A DNA stretch of 64,000 bases, taken from a virus. Position numbers and translations under genes: made by a program. Below are positions 9,301-18,218 of the stretch, piece by piece. Every line of letters begins with the position of its first letter. Position 1 is the first letter of the stretch. The stretch covers positions 18,781 through 82,780 of IMG/VR virus record IMGVR_UViG_3300020580_000001. One strand, written 5' to 3'. The notes below the pieces were generated by a model. The model had not been told where the DNA came from, made no database searches, and saw only the letters and a list, made by a program, of their open reading frames with translations.

Positions 9301-10204
9301 TTATGGCGACCGTGGAGGCGCTGGTTGCCGGGGCACTCGCGCCAGCAATATTGGAGGCCGTAACAGAGACGGTAATAAACTCCCCAACATCCTCGGCAAT
9401 AGGCACATATGTCGAAGCCGTCCCGTTGACAGTGATCGCAGCCGGAGCAAAGTCTATCGAGGCAACAAAATGATCTGTATTTGTCTGCTGCGACCATGAT
9501 CCTGGATAGGTAGGCGGCATGGTTACGCTAGCATCCAAATCCGTGCAACTGGTCCATGTACTATTATTTGTGCTCGACCTATCCACATTTGAATTAATCT
9601 GCGTTCCGCCCCATACGGCGGACACAACCAGAGATTTTGTCGGATCGAGAGCAAAATTAACCCGGTCTGACACAAAGATACTAGGTCCATTCAAACCTGT
9701 AACCGTATTGGCTCCGCTAAATGTGAGCCTAACCTGATTGCTGTCAAAGCTAACCCCGTCTCCAGGTCCAAGTTCCCCAACATAGGCACCTGTCAAGGAG
9801 CCGGCAGAAGTTCCGGTTCCGACGCTAAATGCAACCTTGATCGTTCCATTGATCATGCCTGGATTGGTTAAATTAGCAGGAGGAATAATGACCCGGACCT
9901 GACATCCATTAAACGTTCCTCCTACTAATGGAAGGGAGGAGTTGAAAACGTTTGCTGGCTCGCCCCACTGATAGGCGAGACTTGTCGGGTTATTTGCCCA
10001 ATCCGTGAGAAGACTATGAGCTGTGAGAGTTTGACCTACCTGCGCGGTTCCCGTAATGGTCGGAAGGATAATATTTGTCGGCGTCATAGTGACTGACACC
10101 GGCTGTCTCGTAATAATTAGAACATTAGCCGATGCCGATATACCTATTAGGAGGGTTAGAGCAACACAGAAACGTTTAAACCAGATCAAAGCGTATAACC
10201 CCAT
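6359..10204 (-). CDS. large multidomain protein: signal peptide, Ig-like modules, GH71/GH99-like domain, FN3-like domain, C-terminal beta-helix-like region
   Basis: PTI.G..QV...LTA...W.N.PT..AYQW modules; HSMTWWG, GFNGIELSW, VNGNPAVLMYG, WATWNDYPEGTGSEP; Asn/Thr/Gly-rich C-terminus. Confidence 0.7.
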   Translation of the reverse strand: MGLYALIWFKRFCVALTLLIGISASANVLIITRQPVSVTMTPTNIILPTITGTAQVGQTLTAHSLLTDWANNPTSLAYQWGEPANVFNSSLPLVGGTFNGCQVRVIIPPANLTNPGMINGTIKVAFSVGTGTSAGSLTGAYVGELGPGDGVSFDSNQVRLTFSGANTVTGLNGPSIFVSDRVNFALDPTKSLVVSAVWGGTQINSNVDRSSTNNSTWTSCTDLDASVTMPPTYPGSWSQQTNTDHFVASIDFAPAAITVNGTASTYVPIAEDVGEFITVSVTASNIAGASAPATSASTVAIIDLPPTINTVASIPGTPQVGVPITAVDATWNNTVTSTAYQWKNPGGINATGPGATTLTYTPVTADIGNKLTITVTATNSGGTSAPSTSGQSATVIGPSGNPPVNINPPTISGLSPPQVNSTLTAHSLLSDWTNNPTNLAYQWNSSPAVSLTTASLSAHNTSANPAYNQTNFNTPNPAGLNVANFTPATTNIGPGPTTMATDPTKQDRSLNPVTPGHVSHVNVHSLIPSPTHATDIWLMHSMTWWGTSNEPIHMGINMNTTAYVQAWVTDLISRGFNGIELSWNFSDPNAESILQKIKTYVDTLPAGTFHYVVNIDEGTITNAPDKVATLEAAIAHLKSTYFSDPAWLHVNGNPAVLMYGVRNSMNSVAGGGQAAMNTVKANQGGNMFWSDVDTNCTYINEAWEDAPYDWHDAWFGGVNGGDPYNLGAIGTFLSCVGAHPAKAGIGAMAGGYNETLARPNGAYLQQDSGKTIVQRAAYINTNIPSNIHIMHWATWNDYPEGTGSEPAYENDISVTASAAGTTLNWTPNLLTGTASETTVDHYEIYASPDGANSAFIGNVASGTHTFNLAPHGFTPGVSYTAVVYAVGKPNIRNHVSNAVTFVGPTGTYGPSNTYAPVSADIGNTLTVSVVASNSAGTSSPANSVPTSAVVGSSGACPFAGAGYSDGCGAAPNAAIQFPTLLSAAGYSVRPPWDVAGVDYAVGIPSNITPVSAATATVPAGCSRNAGTFQWTCTNATVDSIDFSPNGGWQLICTGGTLIVTNSNFGRGTNAQDMLVGTSSCTSLTASYNKFDAHSITGGSDGNVFCNENVTGDSCTFTYNYFLNASLDFIDIGSLTAVVKYNLFTGPGGGTHSDWFQTGGGPGAVSHITWDFNTVNQTSGTGSQGVTFGTNINGNIGTSEARFNTTIGQTGANISYHYAVDPTQTTGAVQVSNNYADIRAGAFGSPRFALPGSSCLTCSGGGSSTFSNNINLVDGTMFSNNP

Positions 10205-10749
10205 GCTTGGATATTTTGCACGGTATTACCGGCTCCAAATGCACCGAGAGTAAGCTGAATATTAACGTTCGTGGCGTTTGCTTGTAATGGGGGATTGAAC
10301 GTAAGCAATAGTGGGGCTATTGGAGTTGTAACCCCAGCCGGAACTGTGATGTAATATGTAAAAGTACCTCCAGCAAGGCCGCCAATAGTGAATGTTACAG
10401 TTGACGCCCCCGTCGCTCCCAGTCCAGTAATTTGCACTCCGCATAGAAATGATGTCCTTCCCACAACACCGGTTATGCTGGTGGTGGTAATTGCATTCGC
10501 CTGAGTTCCCACCGGAGCATTAACAATCGCGCCAACTGGATATGGTATCGATGCCGATGAAACCGGATTTCCGGCAACAACACCCTGCACCGTGACAACA
10601 TTAGATCCGGCTGGAGGAACCCCCGGTGTCCCGCCCTGAATTCCATTATTAAACGATGCCCCGCCACCTTGGCCTATGGCTTGAGCATGCGCGCCTATCA
10701 CTCCAAAAAATAAGAGCGAAACCGCACACCAAACTCCGGTAAATCGCAT
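10186..10749 (-). CDS. signal-peptide beta-rich protein
   Basis: SD GAGGAGG then MRFTGVWCAVSLLFFGVIGAHA-Q. Confidence 0.65.
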   Translation of the reverse strand: MRFTGVWCAVSLLFFGVIGAHAQAIGQGGGASFNNGIQGGTPGVPPAGSNVVTVQGVVAGNPVSSASIPYPVGAIVNAPVGTQANAITTTSITGVVGRTSFLCGVQITGLGATGASTVTFTIGGLAGGTFTYYITVPAGVTTPIAPLLLTFNPPLQANATNVNIQLTLGAFGAGNTVQNIQAWGYTL

Positions 10750-10774
10750 AGGCTGGCCTCCTCGAAACTTTCGT

Positions 10775-11455
10775 TCAATCGACGAGGCCATGATAAGCAA
10801 CAACGGCCGCTGGTGCTGTATATGTAAATGGTGTCGCCGCAACTGTTTCGGCACAAGTGATACCAGTAGAATACGCGGCCGGAGGACCGGGGCTATAGCT
10901 AATACCAACTGTGGTCGGCCCCGCGCCCATGGCAACAAAATCAACAGGAGTAATCGCCCCCGCCGTGATCGTAGTTGCATTCACGCAAACAAGGAACCCA
11001 GCCACACCACTCGCGGTCGATGTCGCATAGACGGAATAGAGATTTCCGGCTCCTGCTTTAAGAGTATGACTAGCTTCTAGCGCAGCGCTGAACACAGGGG
11101 TGAGATTGCCGCCCTGAGCATTAGTGAGAGGAACAAGGGCGACGGCGTTTGTGACGCCTTGGGTGGTTTGGTCGATGCCAAACTTCCCGACTATATTTGA
11201 TCCCGCATTCAGCCCAACTGTGCCAAGGCTCGCAACTCCCGTCGTCAGCTGTACGAACATAGGGTTTCCAATGGCATTTGCCGCACCTCCTATCGTCGGC
11301 ACAGTCGGCCACGCATTTGCAGATGATGCCTGCGTGCCCTGATTAACCGTTCCGCCACCGGCACCACCCGTGCCGATGCCGCCGATTTCTTGCGCGAATA
11401 CGCCCAAAGGAAAAACGGCAAATAGGAAGATTGCAAGAAGTCTATTGAGTATCAT
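10775..11455 (-). CDS. signal-peptide beta-rich protein, paralogue of 11452-12093
   Basis: MILNRLLAIFLFAVFPLGVFA-Q; shared ALE.SH..K..AG.L...Y C-terminal domain. Confidence 0.7.
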   Translation of the reverse strand: MILNRLLAIFLFAVFPLGVFAQEIGGIGTGGAGGGTVNQGTQASSANAWPTVPTIGGAANAIGNPMFVQLTTGVASLGTVGLNAGSNIVGKFGIDQTTQGVTNAVALVPLTNAQGGNLTPVFSAALEASHTLKAGAGNLYSVYATSTASGVAGFLVCVNATTITAGAITPVDFVAMGAGPTTVGISYSPGPPAAYSTGITCAETVAATPFTYTAPAAVVAYHGLVD

Positions 11456-12093
11456 TGTATCCTCGCTGAAAGGAATGCAGTTGCAGAAGCAGTCTTTGTG
11501 AATGGGCCGGTTGAGGAAAACACACCGACCAAACCGGAAGCAAAAGAAAGCGGAAAATATGTAGGATAAGCAATAGAACCAGACGCGCCGGCTCCGACAT
11601 TGACAACAATAAGAGGCGTTACCGCCCCATCGGCCGGAACCGTAGTTTGGTCAAAAAGCATATAAAAGCCGCCAACGCTCGTTGTAAGGCAGTAGGCATC
11701 TAAAAGACTTCCGGCGCTAGTCTTGAATATATGACTTGATTCCAGTGCTCCCGATCTAATGGCCGCGACCGGAGTGGTGCCGGTAGCAGCGCCGGATGGA
11801 AGCGGCAACGAGACTGCGGAAATCGGCTGTGTCGCCTGGAAGAATGTTCCGGTAACGGCTATCGATGCATTGAGCTTGGACCAAATACTAGAAAGCCAGC
11901 CTCTAATTCCAATAGCCCCGGCTGGGGGCGTGACTCCAGTTGCATCGACACCGTCCTGGGCCGGAATAATAAATGTTCCGCCAGCCGGCTCCGTAAGCGC
12001 AATTTTCTGAACTTTATTTGTAGTCGCCGAGTCCTGCCCCATATCGAGAGTGAATGAAGAGCCGGATGCTGTCGGGCTGTTAGTTATAGTCAT
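11452..12093 (-). CDS. putative virion fibre/decoration protein
   Basis: VTGTFFQATQPISAVSLPLPSGAAT fibre-like segment; C-terminal domain shared with 10775-11455. Confidence 0.65.
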   Translation of the reverse strand: MTITNSPTASGSSFTLDMGQDSATTNKVQKIALTEPAGGTFIIPAQDGVDATGVTPPAGAIGIRGWLSSIWSKLNASIAVTGTFFQATQPISAVSLPLPSGAATGTTPVAAIRSGALESSHIFKTSAGSLLDAYCLTTSVGGFYMLFDQTTVPADGAVTPLIVVNVGAGASGSIAYPTYFPLSFASGLVGVFSSTGPFTKTASATAFLSARIQ

Positions 12094-12105
12094 TAATGGT
12101 AACCT

Positions 12106-12792
12106 TTAGGCGGCAATCGGCAGCGAATTAGCAGTAATTTGAAGCGCAATTTTTAGCACATCACTACTAGCCGCAATAACTGGAGATGATGGAGCGCTAA
12201 TTGACGGTTGGCTTTGCCCAGCACTATTTGCTGCCGTCACTGTGATCGTAAGAGTTAAACCAAGATCGCCACTCCCCGGCCTATAAGTCAGGCTTGTAGC
12301 GCCGAGTCCAGTTGCATTGATACCACCGGCCTGCCATTGATAAGTTAGACTTGTAACAGTATTAATCCATGTTGCATCAATTGCCGTAATAGGACTTCCA
12401 ACCACCGGTATGGTTGGAATCGATGGAGGCGTATTGATATGGGGGAGAGCCTGAACTTCGTTGATTTTAAGGTGCGTAGTATGAGGCGAATTTGGCGATC
12501 CGCTTAACATTTCCATAAGTTCAATATCAAATACGCCTTGGCCTGCGGGTGGCGCCGGACCAACTTGGATTACGCCATCAGCAAGTTGCACAGCGCCGAA
12601 ATTAGAATCCGTCAATAGCAATGTAGAGCCGCTTGAGATCCCCTGAATGATTCCGATTACTGTTCCCTGAGGATCTCCGGTCATAAATTGATTTGCGCTA
12701 AGAGTTAGTGGAGAAAGTGGCATGAAAATTGGTGTGTGAACGGCTACCTTATTTCCGAATGACAGTCCCCTAACTGGCGGAGGAGCAATCAT
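12106..12792 (-). CDS. Ig-like module protein
   Basis: LTLSAN.F..G.PQG module plus YQW...TY.P...D.G.TLT.TVTA.N module, both also in 19385-22051. Confidence 0.7.
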   Translation of the reverse strand: MIAPPPVRGLSFGNKVAVHTPIFMPLSPLTLSANQFMTGDPQGTVIGIIQGISSGSTLLLTDSNFGAVQLADGVIQVGPAPPAGQGVFDIELMEMLSGSPNSPHTTHLKINEVQALPHINTPPSIPTIPVVGSPITAIDATWINTVTSLTYQWQAGGINATGLGATSLTYRPGSGDLGLTLTITVTAANSAGQSQPSISAPSSPVIAASSDVLKIALQITANSLPIAA

Positions 12793-12822
12793 TTTTTCCT
12801 CGACCAGCTTAAAAATGGCGCA

Positions 12823-13071
12823 TTATTTTGGCTCCGGAGGGATTGTCTCAGGTGGTGCCTGCATTGGCTTAACGTCAGGTGGGCAAGTGACCGGCGGCGG
12901 CTGATGTTGCACTTCGTTTTGAAGCATCCCCACTACTCCGGTAACCGATAGCCTCTGAAACAGCTCCTCGACTAGCGGAGCACTCAGAACGATGGTCTTT
13001 TGCGGCAGCACCGTCTGGGCCATGGCCACAGTCGGGATGAAGAGTAGGAACGCGATCAATAGATGCTTCAT
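12823..13071 (-). CDS. small signal-peptide protein
   Basis: MKHLLIAFLLFIPTVAMA-Q. Confidence 0.6.
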   Translation of the reverse strand: MKHLLIAFLLFIPTVAMAQTVLPQKTIVLSAPLVEELFQRLSVTGVVGMLQNEVQHQPPPVTCPPDVKPMQAPPETIPPEPK

Positions 13072-13328
13072 TGGCTTTTCCTCCACCATGCCTTGACGTG
13101 ACCACCCCTGATGTTGTTGCCCTCGTCTTCCGCTGCCTTCCGATGCGCGTACGCCGTTTCGTCAAGCGCGCAATGCTCAAACCCAGCATCCCAGGTTACG
13201 CCAATACGCGGGTTCGATATGTGTCGGTACGGCCGGCAAGCCGCGTAGGCGGCGTCGAGGTCATCGGCTCGAGCCGCTAGAATCATCACTGTCCACACTA
13301 GTAGCAAGATCGTCGCAAAAAGTTTCAT
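13068..13328 (-). CDS. small signal-peptide protein
   Basis: MKLFATILLLVWTVMILAARA-D. Confidence 0.6.
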   Translation of the reverse strand: MKLFATILLLVWTVMILAARADDLDAAYAACRPYRHISNPRIGVTWDAGFEHCALDETAYAHRKAAEDEGNNIRGGHVKAWWRKSQ

Positions 13329-13337
13329 CGGTATCCC

Positions 13338-14579
13338 TCAGCTCGTCTGAATCCAGTTAGGTCCGGCGATGCACTCGAACGAATGGCCTAAGTAAGGAGC
13401 GACAAGGTACGGCCCAGCATAAAGAACTCCTCCCGCCGTCGCGGTTACCGTCAACGTGGTGATTTGCTGATTGCTAACAAATCCGGCCCGCTTCCCAAAA
13501 ACTGCCGACGCGCATGTCGGAAGCTGCAAAGTCAAAGTGGCGATTGTCCCGGCAGGGGACAATATCTGAAAGTCCTTATTGTCTGCCAGGATCACCGTCT
13601 GTCCGGTAGTTGGTGCGGTGTTCGTATAGCTTTGGTCTACGATCGCCGCGTTGATTAAGAGAATGCCGCCGCTGGAATATGTCCCGGTAAGCGAGAGACC
13701 CCACGGGGACGTGCTGGCATCTTGCATCCCAGACGACGACTTTGTGCCGCTGGAGAAAAACCCTATTGGAGTCGTCGCGGCATCCCAAAATCCGGCAGAC
13801 CCATGTGACCCGCTATCGTAATAACTATAGGATGAAGAGCTTGCATCATGAATAACATAATCTTTAATCGTCCAGGCATTAGGAGGAATATAAATCAAAT
13901 CATGGGCTGCATATGTCGAGGTATTGATGGTGCCTACATTTATCATTGCAGCAATAGGTTGCAAAGATGCGGCAAGAATGCTAAGTCCAACTCCGACAGC
14001 GCCGGATACCCCCGCCTCAGGATAAGGAATATTATTATTATTTAGGTCTATTTCCGGCCCCGACATCGAAAAGTTTCCGACGCCGGAATCCATAATTGTC
14101 ACAAAATTTGCAACATAGGTGTTTGTCGTGCCCACATGGCCTATTGACTGAACCGCCAGAGGCATCTTAAATGCCGCCGTATTCGGAGCATTCCCGGACG
14201 CCGCTCCGGTACTGGACTGCATTTGAATAAATGTTGTAAGTTCTGGGGTAGCCGCCGAAGCGGCTGTGACATTGAAATACGCAGCAGCATTCTCGGAAAG
14301 TCCGGAGAATGCAACCGTCTGAGCCGGTGCCCCGGACATGATCATATTGGCGAGAGTGGAAAGACCGGTAAGTGTAGGAGCCGCACTAAATACGACATTG
14401 CCGCTGCCCGTCGTCCCTATTGAGGCAAAATCCGAGGTGCATAATAGACGGCCCTTAAAAAATCCAGTTGCTCCACATGGTGACGCCATAAATGTTCCAG
14501 CCGGCTGTGCCGCTTTTTGTGCTAGCGCGATTGACGGCATTAGAAATACAAGGATTACTGCAATAAAATATTTCATCAC
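13338..14579 (-). CDS. signal-peptide fibre/spike-like beta-rich protein
   Basis: MMKYFIAVILVFLMPSIALA-Q; TTGSGNVVFS.APTLT fibre-like motif; C-terminal PAGTIATLTLQLP domain. Confidence 0.65.
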   Translation of the reverse strand: MMKYFIAVILVFLMPSIALAQKAAQPAGTFMASPCGATGFFKGRLLCTSDFASIGTTGSGNVVFSAAPTLTGLSTLANMIMSGAPAQTVAFSGLSENAAAYFNVTAASAATPELTTFIQMQSSTGAASGNAPNTAAFKMPLAVQSIGHVGTTNTYVANFVTIMDSGVGNFSMSGPEIDLNNNNIPYPEAGVSGAVGVGLSILAASLQPIAAMINVGTINTSTYAAHDLIYIPPNAWTIKDYVIHDASSSSYSYYDSGSHGSAGFWDAATTPIGFFSSGTKSSSGMQDASTSPWGLSLTGTYSSGGILLINAAIVDQSYTNTAPTTGQTVILADNKDFQILSPAGTIATLTLQLPTCASAVFGKRAGFVSNQQITTLTVTATAGGVLYAGPYLVAPYLGHSFECIAGPNWIQTS

Positions 14580-14980
14580 GATCCCACCGGCGCATCTGTT
14601 GATACAACTCTCCAGGATCCTGCCGAATAATAAACCGGAACACCGGTTCCTGATCCGGTAGTCTCGCCGATCTTCAATCCGTTTGTTGCAAATGCTCGTA
14701 GTCCCTCACTGCCAGCCGGAAGCCCTGCCACGGAGGTAATTATTCCAGTCCCTCCGGCAGATGCCGCAGCGGCAGAAGCCGAGGCCTGCGCCGAGGCCGC
14801 CGCTGCCAACGCCACCGCTTCAGCGCTATTGCAAATAGCCGCCGCGGCAATGGCAGCATCATTAGCCGTTTTGGTCTGACTGCCATATAATTGCGCAGCC
14901 GCAATTGCATCGCTCAATGTGGGCTGAAGAACCGCAAGCGCCGAGTCCGGAGCGGTGACGACAACTGTGTCGGCACACAT
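14576..14980 (-). CDS. putative tail-fibre-associated protein
   Basis: Ala-rich helix plus LPAGSEG.RAFATNG.K.GE..G.GTGVPVYY C-terminal fibre motif. Confidence 0.6.
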   Translation of the reverse strand: MCADTVVVTAPDSALAVLQPTLSDAIAAAQLYGSQTKTANDAAIAAAAICNSAEAVALAAAASAQASASAAAASAGGTGIITSVAGLPAGSEGLRAFATNGLKIGETTGSGTGVPVYYSAGSWRVVSTDAPVGS

Positions 14981-14992
14981 TATGGGACAGGC

Positions 14993-15349
14993 CTATTCAT
15001 AAGTAACCCCACCGGTAATCACAAATGCACCGCCGGTCAGAATTTTAACAAATCCGGAAAATATCAATGCCAAGTCCCACTCATAATTTCCTGGCACAAG
15101 AAGAATCATGTCGGAATACGGCGCCGAAAGATAAAGTAATCCGGTTGCATCGGTGTATGTAATTGTACCATTGCCCCAATTATCTACCGGATTGGATGAC
15201 CATGCATAAATAATAGGAGGAACTTTTACGGGCATCGATCTAATCTGCATATGAAATACACAAGCAGTCAGTGGGTAGATCGGCTTCCATTGCGCGATAT
15301 TGAGCGATAGTGCAAAAGATTGGTTATTCTCAAATGATAGATCCATCAC
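14993..15349 (-). CDS. BppU-like baseplate/fibre adaptor
   Basis: LT.C.FHMQIR...G.Y.WDL......L.G.F.IT.GVT pattern. Confidence 0.5.
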   Translation of the reverse strand: MMDLSFENNQSFALSLNIAQWKPIYPLTACVFHMQIRSMPVKVPPIIYAWSSNPVDNWGNGTITYTDATGLLYLSAPYSDMILLVPGNYEWDLALIFSGFVKILTGGAFVITGGVTYE

Positions 15350-15531
15350 AGTCCATATGTCGCTAACATAGCCAGCATCTCGGCTTCTGTCGCAATGAAG
15401 CTAGGTACTCCGAATGTTGCTTTCCATGTCACATAAGTAGCGTCACTAATAGCGAAATAAGCATGGCGCTTGCTTGAATATACATGTGAGACATCGCCGG
15501 CGACGATCCAATACCAATCAAATGGGAACAT
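15346..15531 (-). CDS. small tail-fibre assembly-like protein
   Basis: WYWIV.GD..VYSS motif, directly after the fibre gene. Confidence 0.5.
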   Translation of the reverse strand: MFPFDWYWIVAGDVSHVYSSKRHAYFAISDATYVTWKATFGVPSFIATEAEMLAMLATYGL

Positions 15532-17219
15532 TAGATATATTGCCCTCCGGTTGCCGTCGCCCCTGCAATGCTCCCAGGATAATAATTCACCCCTGATCCA
15601 TTAGTGTTGATCGTTCCGTTAAGGCTCGCCGAAAATCGCTGTCCAGTTGCCGGGCCGGTAATCGAAGAAAATGGAATTTGGATCGACGCAACTTGTTGTA
15701 CAACCGCAAATGCTGCGGAAAAATTAGGAGTTCCGACGAGCGTCAATGCAGTTTGGCCGGTCGATATTATTCCGCCGACCGCCGCAAACATGAATGCCGG
15801 CGCCGAACCTACAATATTTATGAAAGCTGATGGATTCCCGGTGGCTGTCCCGAGAAAATTAGTGGTTGCCCCAAATTCGCTCTGTACGTGAGAATAAAAA
15901 CACGCACCAAAAGACATGTTATATAATGTAACAGGAACGCTTTGTGTTCTAACTCCACATCCTAAATGGGGCGCGGTGCCATTCGCAGCACTAGATACTG
16001 TCATCCCGGATATTGTATAACCCGCCCCAGTAACATAAATTGCTTCTCCGGTTGTCGCGCTAACAATCACATTGGCCGGAGTAGTGTTATTCCCAACTAT
16101 AAGAACCGTTCCCGAGCCGTTCAATACCGGACATGTAAATGGTGCATATGTACCATTAGCGACATTAACCGTAACAGTAAAATTGTTCATATTCAATGAC
16201 AGGATGGTATTAATAGATTTTTGGATAGTAGCAAAAGCATGTCCGGACCCAGCCGCCAGACCATTGTTAGAATCGTTTCCGGCAGACGCATCGACATAAT
16301 AAGTTCTAGGCGCCAACAACGGAGCCGGCGTACCTGGAACAATAAACGATGCCGGACTTACGACACTTAGTAGTCTGTAATTTCCATCATAGACAACTTC
16401 ACCGTCAGCACCTGCCGGCCATTCCGGCCCAAGACCAGATAATGGCGTTCCATCGCCCCATGTTAGCGCCGCGTTAGTACCGACAAGATTTAAGGTTACA
16501 GCACCTGTATTCGCCGCCGCTCCTTTCTTGATAACAAATTGCATGCCGGTAGTAACGGCCGCGATTCCAGGTGACACAGTAGAAACCAGCATGGCATTAG
16601 CGGTGCCGACATCAGCGCCATAATGATCCAATGCCGCCTGGGGGACTGCCGATGCGCTAATAATTCTCCACTTCGAAGCTGTTGCATCATATTCAAAAAC
16701 AATCGCGGTATTTATGGAAATATCGCCAGGGTTAAGCGCTGTCCCATCCGAATGAACAATAACTGTCGCCGCCAACCCGTTGGCACTGAGAGTCGGATTT
16801 GTGGTGGTATTGCTAAATTGCGGGAATGTTGATAAAGTCATCCCGTCGGCATATGCCGTGATGATTGGCGATGCCGCCACCTGCATCACATTTACCGGCC
16901 CAGCATCATGGCCAAAATGCCATAGAGATGCCTGCGCAGGAGATCCAACAGAGAGCTGAATTGCACTAATAAATTGGGCTTCGAGAGTTGCTATGTTGCC
17001 ATTATCGGCAACGCTTTGTGCAAGTGTGTCAGAAATAAACTGAGCAATTGCCGAGGTAATCTCACTGACTTGTCTGATCGCGGTATTCGTCTGGGCCGAC
17101 GATGCTGTTCCGCTCTGGAACCCGGTAAATCGCGATGTCGTTGTTGCCCACGTTGCGGGAGCAATTACATTCGCGCCTGACCCAGTAGCGAAAGGCTGGA
17201 AATCATTTGTAACAGGCAT
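15531..17219 (-). CDS. tail fibre protein
   Basis: NDFQPFATG.GANV...GFQSGTASSAQ.N.A.RQ fibre N-terminus after the DUF2612 gene; YYVDA..GND.N.G beta-helix entry motif. Confidence 0.8.
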   Translation of the reverse strand: MPVTNDFQPFATGSGANVIAPATWATTTSRFTGFQSGTASSAQTNTAIRQVSEITSAIAQFISDTLAQSVADNGNIATLEAQFISAIQLSVGSPAQASLWHFGHDAGPVNVMQVAASPIITAYADGMTLSTFPQFSNTTTNPTLSANGLAATVIVHSDGTALNPGDISINTAIVFEYDATASKWRIISASAVPQAALDHYGADVGTANAMLVSTVSPGIAAVTTGMQFVIKKGAAANTGAVTLNLVGTNAALTWGDGTPLSGLGPEWPAGADGEVVYDGNYRLLSVVSPASFIVPGTPAPLLAPRTYYVDASAGNDSNNGLAAGSGHAFATIQKSINTILSLNMNNFTVTVNVANGTYAPFTCPVLNGSGTVLIVGNNTTPANVIVSATTGEAIYVTGAGYTISGMTVSSAANGTAPHLGCGVRTQSVPVTLYNMSFGACFYSHVQSEFGATTNFLGTATGNPSAFINIVGSAPAFMFAAVGGIISTGQTALTLVGTPNFSAAFAVVQQVASIQIPFSSITGPATGQRFSASLNGTINTNGSGVNYYPGSIAGATATGGQYI

Positions 17220-17234
17220 TGATTATTCCCGAAT

Positions 17235-18032
17235 TCATGCAGCAAGCTGTTCCGGAGTGACGCCCCATGCGCCATTATCCCAGCCAGAAATATACTGGTT
17301 TTCCACATCCCATCCAAAGATTGGAGTACCGTCGACGGATGTTACTTTTACATCCGATCGCACGCCCTCTGGCTTGATCTCTATGAGACCTTGTTCAAGT
17401 ATAGAGAGTAGTACAATCGACGGGATCTTACCGGAAACTGCAATCGTCATAGATGGATCGTTAGCCGGCTGATTTTGAATCGCTAGCGATGGTTCGAACC
17501 ATACACCAGCATCCCATCCATTTAGCGGACCGGCATCCCAAATGAAAAAATTTGATGGCTGAGAAAATGTTGTATGATCGTCTATAAATACGAATGTCGA
17601 TGGATAAGAGGCAAAGAAATTATTCAAAATCGCCTGGGCAGATGAAATGCTTCCGTCCCACGCATTTGCCAACACGATTGTTTTTAGCAGTAGTCTATAT
17701 GTGTCATCATCGAGAGCGCTAAGGCCATTAACTGTTGCATAAGGCCCCTGCCAAACTCCACGATCCCAACCTTTTGCTAGATTGGCGCTGTCCCAGCTAA
17801 AGAATATATTCGGCAACTGGACGGAGATATTTCTCGATTGCCCAACCCAAAGGCCGACTATATCGAGTTGCGCACCGATCGCTTGATCGATGTCAAATTG
17901 TTGCGGGAGCCCATTAAGAAACGCTTGCAAGTCGGAAAACGGTTGTAAAACCGCCGAGAGCATGCTATTGTATTTAGGCTGGCTTGCATGAAGGCGAGTG
18001 ACTTTGGCTAGATAATCACTTACGAGGCGCAC
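17235..18032 (-). CDS. baseplate protein (DUF2612 family)
   Basis: FDIDQAIGAQLDIVG.WVG..R and L.DD.YRLLLK....N.WDGS. Confidence 0.85.
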   Translation of the reverse strand: MRLVSDYLAKVTRLHASQPKYNSMLSAVLQPFSDLQAFLNGLPQQFDIDQAIGAQLDIVGLWVGQSRNISVQLPNIFFSWDSANLAKGWDRGVWQGPYATVNGLSALDDDTYRLLLKTIVLANAWDGSISSAQAILNNFFASYPSTFVFIDDHTTFSQPSNFFIWDAGPLNGWDAGVWFEPSLAIQNQPANDPSMTIAVSGKIPSIVLLSILEQGLIEIKPEGVRSDVKVTSVDGTPIFGWDVENQYISGWDNGAWGVTPEQLAA

Positions 18033-18218
18033 ATGATCACCACAAAGCTAACCGCAGAAATCACAATAACCGGCGATGATGACTATGCATCCGACCAATT
18101 GGAAACGATCGAAGATGATATCGAAAGCGGTCTACTTGATAGTTGCGGGTTCCCAGATGGCTTGCAAATTAAAGTCAAAATTTTGGATAGAATAGTCATA
18201 TCACAATTATATTTATAA
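18033..18218 (+). CDS. small acidic hypothetical protein, opposite-strand insert
   Basis: 61-aa ORF filling the gap between baseplate J and DUF2612, SD GAGG. Confidence 0.45.
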   Translation: MITTKLTAEITITGDDDYASDQLETIEDDIESGLLDSCGFPDGLQIKVKILDRIVISQLYL

